A stretch of 13,015 nt of DNA. Source: Deltaproteobacteria bacterium. Its GTDB lineage: Bacteria; Myxococcota_A; Polyangia; Polyangiales; Houyiibacteriaceae. This document shows positions 1 to 7,686 of this stretch, one piece after another (position 1 is the first letter of the stretch; every line of letters begins with the position of its first letter). Both the position numbers and the translations under genes were made by a program. The DNA is taken from NCBI GenBank assembly GCA_034670305.1, contig JAXMNT010000093.1, positions 1-13,015 on the forward strand, written 5' to 3'. The notes beneath the pieces were generated by a model. It was not told where the DNA came from and searched no databases. It worked only from the letters and a program-made list of their open reading frames with translations.

Positions 1-137
1 CGGTCAGATCGCTTGATCAGCGCGACGAGCATCGCGACGACCTGCTCGAGGTGGGCGAGAGCCCGTTCGATATCGGGCCTCGATGCCTCGGCCCGACGGT
101 CCGTGATTTCGAGCCAGGAGACGACCAGGCACGGGTT
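1..137 (-). pseudogene. Possible C-terminal remnant of a four-helix-bundle (23S rRNA IVS protein / TIGR02436-like) gene, running off the window edge
   Basis: The minus frame starting at 137 reads NPCLVVSWLEITDRRAEASRPDIERALAHLEQVVAMLVALIKRSD, with GC-rich-type codons. It resembles, from recalled family pattern, the last two helices of four-helix-bundle proteins (..A.WLEI......L.RVV.ML..L). No plausible start precedes it, and the frame is closed by a TGA near 250 inside the hydrolase. Confidence 0.35.
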
Positions 138-138
138 C

Positions 139-936
139 TCAGCCGAGCACGGTCGCCACGTGGTCGTGGAACGCGTCCGCGTGGGTGATCGGCCCCATGT
201 GCGGCGCCCCCTCGATGCACATGCGCCTCGCGCCCTCGATGCGCTGTGTCAGCCGCTCCGCCATCGCGCGTGAAGCGGGCGGGCTCTCGGTGCCGTGCAC
301 GACGACGGTCTTCGCGCGCGCGGTTTCGAACACCGCGCCGGACGTCTCGTCGAAGGTCACGGCCTTCGCTTCGTCGTGCACGCCGTGCGCGACCTCGAGC
401 AGCGCCGCTTGGCGGGCGGGCGGTAAGATGTCCCAGATGCCTGCGCCGCTCCAGTAGCCCACGAACGCACGCATCCACACTTCCGGCGCGTCCGGATCCC
501 AGAGTTCGAACGCGCGCATCAGGTTCGGGGCGTCGTCGAGCTGCGGCGGGGCGTCGTGCAGCAACCCGAACACCACTGGTTCGTAGAGCGCGAGCCCTCG
601 CACCTGGGTAGGGCGGCTGGCGGCCAGGCGCGCCGCGATCAATCCGCCGAGCGAATGACCGACCAGGACGACCGGCTTGTGCACCTCGTCGAGCACTTCG
701 GCGAGCGCCGCGATCTGGGTCTCGAAGTGCAGCGGATCCGCGCCGGTCCACGGGCCCGCGCCGACGTGCCCAAAGAGGTTCGGCGCCCACACCCGATGCC
801 GCCCAAAGCGCGCGGCGAGCGCGTCCCACTGCGCGCCTTCCGACCCCGACGAGTGCAGTGCGAGCAGCAGCGGCCCGTCCGCGGGGCCGTGCGCACGCAC
901 CGTCAGAGGACCGAACTGGGTGTCGAAGGTCAGCAT
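139..936 (-). CDS. Alpha/beta fold hydrolase (Abhydrolase_1/6 type), about 265 aa
   Basis: Nucleophile elbow VLVGHSLGG, N-terminal LLLALHSSG oxyanion region, C-terminal catalytic His in IEGAPHMGP. ATG at 936 preferred over the ORF-track GTG at 957; stop TGA at 139-141. Confidence 0.9.
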   Translation of the reverse strand: MLTFDTQFGPLTVRAHGPADGPLLLALHSSGSEGAQWDALAARFGRHRVWAPNLFGHVGAGPWTGADPLHFETQIAALAEVLDEVHKPVVLVGHSLGGLIAARLAASRPTQVRGLALYEPVVFGLLHDAPPQLDDAPNLMRAFELWDPDAPEVWMRAFVGYWSGAGIWDILPPARQAALLEVAHGVHDEAKAVTFDETSGAVFETARAKTVVVHGTESPPASRAMAERLTQRIEGARRMCIEGAPHMGPITHADAFHDHVATVLG

Positions 937-988
937 CGCCTGCGGGTCTCTACCCACGTCTTCATGGAGAGCAAGCGCATCATCGCGC

Positions 989-2128
989 TCAGAGGTCCGC
1001 GACGCTCTTGTCGGTGAAGACGAGTTGGTCGATCGAACAGTCTTCGGGGGCCTTGTCGTCCCGCAAGCGCACGAACACCGGTTGGTAGAGCTTCTTGTCT
1101 TTGGTGGCGTAGAGGTACTTCACCTCGGCCACCGGCGTCTCGCCGGCCGAGAGCAGCGCGTCGATCTTCTTGCGGGAGCTGCTGGTGGTGCCCGCGAACA
1201 CCTTGCCGACGGTCTTGGCCTTCTTGCCGTTCATCGTGGCCATTCGGTACGCATTGCCGGCGTTCTCGGTGAGGAACACGTCCGCCGTTTTGACGAACTT
1301 GTGTTTGAGCTGCGGACCGCCCGACGCGGGCCGGCCACTCACGTACGGTGCGTTCGTACGTTTGAAGACGATGCCCTCGGCATTCTGTTTGTGCAGCTTC
1401 TGGTAGAGGGCGCGCTTCGCTTTCTCGTCGCGCGCGGATTGCACGATGTCGAGGTGCTTCTGCATCGCGACGTCGAGCGTGCAGAGCCGCTGATGCCGCA
1501 CGCGGTACGACTTCTTGCGCAGGTCGTCGTCGCCGAGCTGGAGCAGATCGAAGAGCCAGTAGACGAGCGGTCCCTGCACGAGTTCGCCGTCGAGCACACT
1601 GCCGACCGGGGCGACCCGTCGCGCGGCGTCCGCGATCGCCTTCGGCGCGGAGGTCTTCTGGCCTCTGCGGTTGACCGCGAGCACGCCCTTGTCCTGCACG
1701 TGCACGATCAGCCGTTTGCCATCGAGTTTCTGCTGGGCGAGGAAGCGGCGGTCCGCGAAGAAGTCGTCGAGCAGGTCTGCGTCGAGCGGGTTGAGCAGCT
1801 GCGCCGCGTCTCCAACCCGTGCGCGCGCAAAGACCCCCGCCTTGCTCGCCGACCCTTGTCCCTGCGCGGGCGCGACCGCCGCCGGCTTGTTCTTCGAGGT
1901 CTTCTCTTCGTAGCCCTTGCGGAGCTTCTGCTTCACGACCTTGTCGAACGCCTTCTCCGCGTCCTTCAAGGAGACGTCGACCGCTTTGGTGCCCGTGCTC
2001 AGGCTCGCGCCGCGCCGGCCCCACTCGACGTGGACCGTGTAGCCTTTCGAGGTCTTCGTGATCTCTACGTTGTAGACCTTGTCCGATGGTTGTTCTTGAA
2101 AGAACAGCTCGATGCGTTTCTCAGCCAC
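989..2128 (-). CDS. WGR-domain + ATP-dependent DNA ligase (adenylation + OB domains), 379 aa
   Basis: N-terminal WGR domain (SDKVYNVEI...VEWGRRG...KQKLRKGY). Nucleotidyltransferase motifs: I QQKLDGKR (KxDG), III VLDGEL, IIIa WLFDLL, IV EGIVFK, V LKHK, and C-terminal OB motif VI PVFVRLRDDK. Confidence 0.88.
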   Translation of the reverse strand: MAEKRIELFFQEQPSDKVYNVEITKTSKGYTVHVEWGRRGASLSTGTKAVDVSLKDAEKAFDKVVKQKLRKGYEEKTSKNKPAAVAPAQGQGSASKAGVFARARVGDAAQLLNPLDADLLDDFFADRRFLAQQKLDGKRLIVHVQDKGVLAVNRRGQKTSAPKAIADAARRVAPVGSVLDGELVQGPLVYWLFDLLQLGDDDLRKKSYRVRHQRLCTLDVAMQKHLDIVQSARDEKAKRALYQKLHKQNAEGIVFKRTNAPYVSGRPASGGPQLKHKFVKTADVFLTENAGNAYRMATMNGKKAKTVGKVFAGTTSSSRKKIDALLSAGETPVAEVKYLYATKDKKLYQPVFVRLRDDKAPEDCSIDQLVFTDKSVADL

Positions 2129-2134
2129 CGGACA

Positions 2135-2140
2135 AGATTA
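2135..2140 (-). promoter_or_regulatory. Putative -10 box TAATCT 6 nt upstream of the ligase GTG; overlaps the TAA stop of the upstream gene
   Basis: Minus strand reads GG-TAATCT-tgtccg-GTG; no Shine-Dalgarno sequence. Confidence 0.55.
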
Positions 2141-2821
2141 CCGGAAAGCGCGCGGTCGGTAGCGGCGGGGTTCTCGGGTGGGGCCGCTGCCGCCGCCGAG
2201 GGTGGCGGTGAGGCCGGCCGTGAGCAGCCAGCCGCTTCGGTCGACGTCGTCGGGCGTGCCAGCGAAGCTTCGGGTCGCGTCGATGCGTCGTGCACCGAGT
2301 CGGAGCGAGATGCCGCGGAAGGTGCCGCGGGTGTGGGTGGGCAACATCAAGGGCAGGTCGATCGAGACGCCGACCGCGAGGCCGACGCCGCGTTCGCCTT
2401 CGGTGGCAAGTGGTGTGAACACCGCGCCGAGCTCCACCGCGAACGATTGTAGGAACAGGTCGAGCCACTCTCTGCCGGTGGCGTTGTCGGTCAAGAAGAG
2501 CGCCGGCCAGAGTGGCCGCACTTCGATGCCAACCATCAACGCGTCGCCGCCGCGCGTGGCGCCTTCTCCGCCGTCGCTCGCCCATCGGTAGGTCACGACG
2601 GGACCGGCGGCGTCGGCGATGCGGGCGCGAAGGCCGACGCTCACCGCGGGCGAGGCCTGGTCGCCATCGAGCCACACCCCACCAGACGCTTCGAGCGCGA
2701 ACGCGACGTCCGAATCCCAGCGGCGGTACACGCCGTCGCCGTACTGGGCGGAGGCGGCGCTCGAGTCGAGGACCAAGCCGCCGAACCAGAGCGTGGCGAC
2801 CAAGAGTCGAAGCACGCGCAC
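2138..2821 (-). CDS. Secreted hypothetical protein, probable outer-membrane beta-barrel (start uncertain: GTG 2836, 2821 or 2815)
   Basis: C-terminal part of ORF 2138..4030. Signal-peptide-like RVLRLLVATLWFGGLVLDSSAASA|Q, then alternating hydrophobic strands (VAFALEASGGV, VSVGLRAR, LMVGIEVRP, FAVELGAVF, LAVGVSIDLP, ISLRLGAR, WLLTAGLTATL). Confidence 0.7.
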   Translation of the reverse strand: MRVLRLLVATLWFGGLVLDSSAASAQYGDGVYRRWDSDVAFALEASGGVWLDGDQASPAVSVGLRARIADAAGPVVTYRWASDGGEGATRGGDALMVGIEVRPLWPALFLTDNATGREWLDLFLQSFAVELGAVFTPLATEGERGVGLAVGVSIDLPLMLPTHTRGTFRGISLRLGARRIDATRSFAGTPDDVDRSGWLLTAGLTATLGGGSGPTREPRRYRPRAFR

Positions 2822-2895
2822 GCCGCTGAGCCCCACGTGCCATCGGGGGCGCCCGTGCGATCGAATCGCGTGCGCGCGGCTGGGCCCCGTGCGCA

Positions 2896-3945
2896 CTATG
2901 CCTGGCCGGCGGAGCCGAGTTTCTCTTGGGCGATCGTGTCGGCGATGCGGTGGGTGGGCTGCATCGCGTGTTTGGCGCGCTCTGCGATCTCCAGAAGGAT
3001 GTCGTAGATGCCGTGCACACGCTTGGTGACCGCGGCTTCGTCGTACCCGGCGACTTCCGCCGCCACGTTCATCAGTCCGCCCGCGTTGATCGCGTAGTCG
3101 GGCGCGTAGACGATGCCGCGCTGGAACAGGTCGTCGCCGTTGTGCGGCGTGGCGAGCTGGTTGTTCGCGGCCCCTGCGACGATCGTGCACCGCAAGCGCG
3201 GGATGGTCTGATCGTTGAGTGCGCTGCCGAGCGCGCACGGCGCGAAGACGTCGCATTCGGCCTGGAAGATCTTGTCGAGCGCGACCACCTCGGCGCCGAA
3301 CTCGCGGGCGGCGCGTTCGGCCTTGAGCGGATCCATGTCGGCGACGGTGAGTTTGGCGCCGAGTCCGTGGAGCTCTTTGCACAGGTGGTACCCGACGTGC
3401 CCGATGCCCTGCACCGCGACCACGAGTCCATCGAGTGAGTCGCGTCCGAGCTGGAACTTCACGAGCGCTTCGATGCCGCGCCGGACGCCGAGGGCGGTGA
3501 AGGGGCTCGGGTCGCCGCTGCCGCCGTTCTCTTTCTTCACGCCGGTGACGTGCTTCGTCACGCCGCGCAGCACTTCCATGTCCTCCAGGCTGGTGCCGCT
3601 GTCCTCGGCGGTGATGTAGTGACCGCCGAGGTCCTCGAGGAACTTGCCGAAGGCGCGGAAGAGCGCCGCGCGATCGAACTCGCCCTCCGGTCGCATGATC
3701 ACCGACTTGCCGCCGCCATGCGGGATGCCGCTGATCGCCGCTTTGTAGGTCATGCCCCGGGCCAGTCGCATCGCGTCGACGAGCGCGTCTTCTTCCGTGT
3801 CGTACGGAATGAAACGGCAGCCGCCGAGCGCGGGCCCGAGTCGGGTGTCGTGGATCGCGACGATGGCCTTCAGTCCGGTCCCCGCGTCGCGGGCCAGATG
3901 AAGTTCGCCGTAGTCGTAGTGCGCCATGGCATCGAAAACGCTCAT
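2896..3945 (-). CDS. ldh: Glu/Leu/Phe/Val dehydrogenase family protein, leucine dehydrogenase-like, 349 aa
   Basis: GLKAIVAIHDTRLGPALGGCR, LARGMTYKAA, GGGKSVI (catalytic Lys), YITAEDSGT, GSGDPSPFTALGV, NAD-binding VQGIGHVG, DVFAPCALG, VAGAANNQL, YAPDYAINAGG. Start ATG at 3945 (MSVFDAM). Confidence 0.93.
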   Translation of the reverse strand: MSVFDAMAHYDYGELHLARDAGTGLKAIVAIHDTRLGPALGGCRFIPYDTEEDALVDAMRLARGMTYKAAISGIPHGGGKSVIMRPEGEFDRAALFRAFGKFLEDLGGHYITAEDSGTSLEDMEVLRGVTKHVTGVKKENGGSGDPSPFTALGVRRGIEALVKFQLGRDSLDGLVVAVQGIGHVGYHLCKELHGLGAKLTVADMDPLKAERAAREFGAEVVALDKIFQAECDVFAPCALGSALNDQTIPRLRCTIVAGAANNQLATPHNGDDLFQRGIVYAPDYAINAGGLMNVAAEVAGYDEAAVTKRVHGIYDILLEIAERAKHAMQPTHRIADTIAQEKLGSAGQA

Positions 3946-3953
3946 GGGCCGGG

Positions 3954-3959
3954 ACAGTA
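3954..3959 (-). promoter_or_regulatory. Putative -10 box TACTGT 8 nt upstream of the dehydrogenase ATG
   Basis: Minus strand reads tgtac-TACTGT-cccggccc-ATG. Confidence 0.45.
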
Positions 3960-4048
3960 GTACATGTCCGCGCGCCCCGACGAGCCCGATTGCGACCCCG
4001 AGCGCACCGGACCCTGAGCTGCCGAGACACATCGGTCCGTCGCCGACC

Positions 4049-4057
4049 TGATATTCT
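4049..4057 (+). promoter_or_regulatory. Putative extended -10 (TGaTATTCT) 6 nt upstream of GTG 4064
   Basis: Plus strand reads TG-a-TATTCT-cgtgcg-GTG. Confidence 0.55.
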
Positions 4058-4063
4058 CGTGCG

Positions 4064-4492
4064 GTGAACGCAGCGCCGAAGTCACGAGTTCTCCAGGTGC
4101 TTGCGCTGGGCGCAGTGCTCGTCCTCTTCGTGCTCTACACCGTCTACTACGGGCGCGTGACGGACTTCTGGTTCGAAGAGACTCTGGACGGCACGCTCAC
4201 AGCCGCCGACGTCGACCAGATCGCATCGAGCTTCGTGACGAACCTCGACGCACGCATCATCACGCCCGAGGGCACGACGACCTACGCGCCCGGCGAGACC
4301 GCAAGACTGCGGGCGGATGTGCACGGCTTGCTCGACCCCCTCGTCGGGCGCGACGCGGGCCCCGTGCGGACATACGTCTCCGACGACGTCGGAGAGTGCG
4401 AAGCCGACTTCGGCGACACCCACGTCAAGCTCAACCTCCTACCGACCGACATCGGCCACGCCACCTCCACCCTCGAAGTCCGCCCGCGATAG
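4064..4492 (+). CDS. Small hypothetical protein with N-terminal membrane anchor, 142 aa
   Basis: Hydrophobic VLQVLALGAVLVLFVLYTVYY segment, GC3-rich codons, fills the gap between divergent and tandem genes, and has a -10 box directly upstream. Confidence 0.7.
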   Translation: MNAAPKSRVLQVLALGAVLVLFVLYTVYYGRVTDFWFEETLDGTLTAADVDQIASSFVTNLDARIITPEGTTTYAPGETARLRADVHGLLDPLVGRDAGPVRTYVSDDVGECEADFGDTHVKLNLLPTDIGHATSTLEVRPR

Positions 4493-4574
4493 CACCACGC
4501 TGCGGTTGTCGAGCTCGGTCTCGAGGACGTGCGGGCGGTGCGAGCCGCGCAGAAGCCAGTCGGAGAGTGGCCGG

Positions 4575-4583
4575 TGGTAGACT
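4575..4583 (+). promoter_or_regulatory. Putative extended -10 (TGgTAGACT) 7 nt upstream of the kinase ATG
   Basis: Plus strand reads TG-g-TAGACT-ggcggcg-ATG. Confidence 0.55.
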
Positions 4584-4590
4584 GGCGGCG

Positions 4591-6315
4591 ATGAGTGGTG
4601 CGAGCCGACCCGGCGCCCTGCGGCGGCCCGAGACCTTCGGCCGATACGAGCTGCGCGCAGAACTGGCCTCCGGCGGCATGGGCACGGTCTTCGCCGCCAA
4701 GGTGCACGGTCCAGGCGGGTACGAGAAACTCGTCGCGCTCAAACGCATCCACGAACACCTCGCGAAAGACCCGCGCTTCGTCTCGATGTTCCTCGACGAA
4801 GCGCGCCTCGCCGCGCGCCTGCAACATCCCAACGTGTGCAGCGTGATCGACTTCGGAGAGGTGGACGGAAGCTACTTCCTGACGATGCCGTTTCTGTTCG
4901 GCGAGACCCTCTCCCGGGTCCGCCGTTACGGCAGCAAGGCGGAGGGACCGTTGGCCGACGCGTTCCCGTTCATCGTCTGCCGCATCGTCGCGGATGCGTG
5001 CGAAGGGCTGCACTCGGCGCACGAGCTCACCAACGACCAGGGCGAACCACTGCTCGTCGTCCACCGCGACGTCAGCCCCGGCAACCTGATGGTGGGGTAC
5101 GACGGGACCGCGAGCGTCATCGACTTCGGTGTCGCGAGTGCGCGCGAACGGCTCCACAGCACCGTGACCGGCGAGGTGAAAGGCAAGTTCGGGTACGGCG
5201 CGCCCGAGCAGCTGCAATCACAGCCGATCGATCGGCGCGCGGATCTGTGGTCGCTCGGCGTGATCCTCTGGGAGTGTTTCTCCGGCCGGCGCCTCTTTCA
5301 TCGCCCGAGCATGGCGCAGACGGTGATGGCGGTGTGCACCGCGCCGGTGCCCGCGCTCTCGGACCACTGGCCCGACGCGCCCTTGGAGCTCGAAGAGGTC
5401 GTCTTCAAAGCGCTGAACCGCGATCCGGAACGCCGCTATCGGACCGGGCGCGACATGGGCCGCGCGCTGCTCGAAGCGCTGCAGGAATGCGGGCGCAGCG
5501 TGAGCACCGCGGACGTCGCCGAGTGGATGGCGGAAGTGTTTCCGGACGGCGAGTTGGAGAAGCGTCGGCTCTTCGAAGCGGCGGACACGTCGGGCGCGAT
5601 CGCGGCTCCGCCCAAGATGGAACCAGAAGCGGTGAGTGGCGTGCAGGGGCCGGACCGGACGGGGCCAAGGCCGCGGGTGCTGCCGCCTTGGGCGCTGGCG
5701 GTTGGGGCGCTGGTGCTGGTGGGCGGGAGTGTGGCGGCGACGCGGCAGTGGGGGCGGGCGGAGGCCACCGAGGCAGAGACAGCGACAGCGGCAGAGACAG
5801 CGGCAGCGGCAGAGACAGCGGCAGCGGCAGCGGCAGCGGCAGCGGCAGTGGCGGAGACAGCGGCAGCGGCAGAGACCGAAGCCGGAGCCGACACCGAAGC
5901 CGAAGCCGACGCCGAAGCCGAAGCCGAAGCCGAAGCCGAAGCCGAAGCCGAAGCCGAATCCGAATCCGAATCCGAATCCGAAACCGAAACCGAATCCGAC
6001 GCCGAATCCGAATCCGACGCCGAATCCGACGCCGAATCCGACGCCGAAGCCGAAGCCGCCAGCGCCGACTCCGTGGCTGCGGCTGGGATGACGCGTGCGG
6101 TTCGGGGGGAGGGGACGGTGGTGGTGTCGTTGTCGCGTGGGTGGGCGTACGTCTACGAGGGGCGGCGGCGGCTGGGGGAGGCGCCGCGGCGCTTCACGTT
6201 GCCGGCGGGGCGGCACACGTTGCGGGTGCAGCCGGGTGGGCAGGGGCCCGGGATCCGGAGGCGCATCGTCGTGCGCGCGGGAGAGACCACGCGCCTGCCG
6301 ATCACCGTGGACTGA
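4591..6315 (+). CDS. Hanks-type membrane Ser/Thr protein kinase with TM helix, acidic low-complexity linker and C-terminal PEGA-like domain, about 574 aa
   Basis: [95 protein letters not shown]-terminal GTVVV...[24 protein letters not shown]...[10 protein letters not shown] (PEGA-like). Start ATG at 4591. Confidence 0.93.
   Translation: MSGASRPGALRRPETFGRYELRAELASGGMGTVFAAKVHGPGGYEKLVALKRIHEHLAKDPRFVSMFLDEARLAARLQHPNVCSVIDFGEVDGSYFLTMPFLFGETLSRVRRYGSKAEGPLADAFPFIVCRIVADACEGLHSAHELTNDQGEPLLVVHRDVSPGNLMVGYDGTASVIDFGVASARERLHSTVTGEVKGKFGYGAPEQLQSQPIDRRADLWSLGVILWECFSGRRLFHRPSMAQTVMAVCTAPVPALSDHWPDAPLELEEVVFKALNRDPERRYRTGRDMGRALLEALQECGRSVSTADVAEWMAEVFPDGELEKRRLFEAADTSGAIAAPPKMEPEAVSGVQGPDRTGPRPRVLPPWALAVGALVLVGGSVAATRQWGRAEATEAETATAAETAAAAETAAAAAAAAAAVAETAAAAETEAGADTEAEADAEAEAEAEAEAEAEAESESESESETETESDAESESDAESDAESDAEAEAASADSVAAAGMTRAVRGEGTVVVSLSRGWAYVYEGRRRLGEAPRRFTLPAGRHTLRVQPGGQGPGIRRRIVVRAGETTRLPITVD
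5773..6057 (+). repeat. In-frame period-6 repeat tract in the kinase: (GCAGCG/GCAGAG/ACAGCG)n at 5773-5874, then (NCCGAN)n at 5875-6057
   Basis: Includes (GCCGAA)x8 at 5911-5958 and (TCCGAA)x4 at 5959-5982; encodes AETAAAA...[16 protein letters not shown]. Confidence 0.95.
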
Positions 6316-6345
6316 AGAGCGCCCGCAGGGCGATGTTCAGTCCAC
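6307..6345 (+). terminator. Hairpin overlapping the kinase stop codon (putative atypical terminator, no U-tract)
   Basis: GTGGACTGAA (6307-6316) pairs perfectly with TTCAGTCCAC (6336-6345); inner stem CGCCC/GGGCG, 3x3 internal loop, GCA loop. Confidence 0.6.
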
Positions 6346-6418
<73 letters not shown>

Positions 6419-6511
6419 AGATCGGCGGCAGCGGGCGAGCCCTCCTTGTGTTGCCTTGTCCGCGCCCTTGCCCGCGGATCCGCGATCGCAGCCCGTCACC
6501 ACTGCCACTCA

Positions 6512-6546
6512 GGGGCAAGGGCAGGGGCAAGGGCAGGGGCAAGGGG
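6512..6546 (-). repeat. (TTGCCC/CTGCCC)n tandem repeat, inverted relative to 6346-6418
   Basis: Plus strand reads GGGGCAAGGGCAGGGGCAAGGGCAGGGGCAAGGGG. Confidence 0.9.
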
Positions 6547-6572
6547 AGCGCGGTCGCTTTGCGACCTTGCTC
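6546..6572 (-). terminator. Hairpin overlapping the stop codon of the zinc-ribbon gene
   Basis: Minus strand reads T-GAGC-AA-GGTCGC-AAA-GCGACC-GC-GCTC, followed by CCC(TTGCCC..)n. Confidence 0.55.
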
Positions 6573-7680
6573 AGCGCGAGAAGGGCATCTGCATGTCGAG
6601 GGTGCCGCCCGGGGGCGCGGGCAGGCGCCACTGGGAGACCTGGGACATCAGACAACGGCCGAGCACGTCGTCGCCGGTCGTGTTCCGTCCCACCGTGGCG
6701 CGGCTGACCGTGCCATCGGCGGCGATGCTCATGTTCACCACCACCGTGCCACTCACAGTCGGGCTGTTGCGGGTCGCGCGATCGAAACACGTCTGCGCGC
6801 GGGCCGCGTAGTAACGGCGCACGACGTAGCGCACCCGCGAGCCGTAGAGTTCGAGTTCGATGTCGCGCTCTTCCGGCGCTTCGGTCGGGCTCATGGTCGT
6901 CGTCATGGTCGTCGTCATGGCGGTCTCCATCGCCGTCTCCATCGTCGTGTCGGTGCCACCCGTGCCGGTGGTGCCGGTGCTGCCGGTGCTGCCGGTCATC
7001 GTCGTCGTGCCCGTCGCCGTCATGGTCGGGGTCGAGCCCGTCATGCTCGACCCGCTGGTCGAACCGCCCATCGTCGAACCCGTCGTCGAGCCACCCATGG
7101 TCGAGCCGGTCGAGCCGGACATGGTCGACGTCGTGCCGGACGACATGCCGCTGGTCATCGAGCCGGACGTCATGCCCATGCCGGTGACGACGTCGACGTC
7201 CTCGACTTCGGGTTCCACCGCACCTTCGGGCAGCGGGGTTCCGATCACGAACGGATCGTCCGCCTCCGCGTGGCCCGACTCGGTGACCACCTCGGGCTCG
7301 CCCCGAAAGAGCCAGCTGCCCAGCGCGCCGAGCGCGATCAACACCACCGCGCCCATGGCCACCATCGCCCAGACCTTGCGGCTGGACTGCACCCCGATCG
7401 ACGCCAGCGAGACGCTCATCATCGACGCGCCGCCGTACGGGTTGCCGCCGTAGCCGCCGCTGGAGCTCGTGGACGCCGGTGCGGTCCCCGTGGACGACGC
7501 GCTCACGGGCGGGGTCGTCGGTTGAGTCGCCACCGGCTTGCCCACCCCGACCACGGTCTCGCCGGGTCCCTTGTCGGCGAGTGGTCCGCCCGCTTCGCCC
7601 GCGCGGGCGATGGTGGTGCCGCACTGATTGCAGAACTTGGCGTCGTCGGAGTTCGAGGATCCGCAAGATTGGCAGAACAT
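6571..7680 (-). CDS. Zinc-ribbon + TM + Thr/Ser/Gly/Met linker + AgmX/PglI-type (TonB-C-like) C-terminal domain protein, 369 aa
   Basis: N-terminal MFCQSCGSSNSDDAKFCNQCG (CxxC..CxxC), TM VWAMVAMGAVVLIALGALGSWLF, C-terminal RAQTCFDRA..SGTVVVNMSIAADGTVSRA...DDVLGRCLMSQVSQWRLPAPPGG..MPF, typical of myxobacterial TonB-C-like domains with two Cys. Confidence 0.85.
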   Translation of the reverse strand: MFCQSCGSSNSDDAKFCNQCGTTIARAGEAGGPLADKGPGETVVGVGKPVATQPTTPPVSASSTGTAPASTSSSGGYGGNPYGGASMMSVSLASIGVQSSRKVWAMVAMGAVVLIALGALGSWLFRGEPEVVTESGHAEADDPFVIGTPLPEGAVEPEVEDVDVVTGMGMTSGSMTSGMSSGTTSTMSGSTGSTMGGSTTGSTMGGSTSGSSMTGSTPTMTATGTTTMTGSTGSTGTTGTGGTDTTMETAMETAMTTTMTTTMSPTEAPEERDIELELYGSRVRYVVRRYYAARAQTCFDRATRNSPTVSGTVVVNMSIAADGTVSRATVGRNTTGDDVLGRCLMSQVSQWRLPAPPGGTLDMQMPFSR

Positions 7681-7686
7681 GGCGGG

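Noticed and set aside
989-2128. Calling the ligase ligD/ligC (NHEJ)
   Set aside because: No polymerase or phosphoesterase domain and no Ku gene in the window.
677-2452. 591-aa plus-strand ORF (likewise 4836..6707 +, 8635..10317 -, 7503..8684 -, 10170..11564 - and others)
   Set aside because: Shadow or alternate-frame ORFs over genes with clear motifs; long open frames are expected in high-GC DNA and these have no recognisable domains.
2826-2842. TGGCACG on the minus strand as a sigma54 -24 element
   Set aside because: No GC at the required GG-N10-GC spacing (TC is found instead). No convincing sigma54 promoter was seen in the window.
2837-4030. N-terminal 400 aa of ORF 2138..4030
   Set aside because: Arg-rich alternate frame of the dehydrogenase; only the part from about 2836 downward looks like real protein.
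5218-6216. GF-repeat / CRCRC minus-strand ORF as a Cys-rich peptide precursor
   Set aside because: Antisense reading of the kinase repeat linker.
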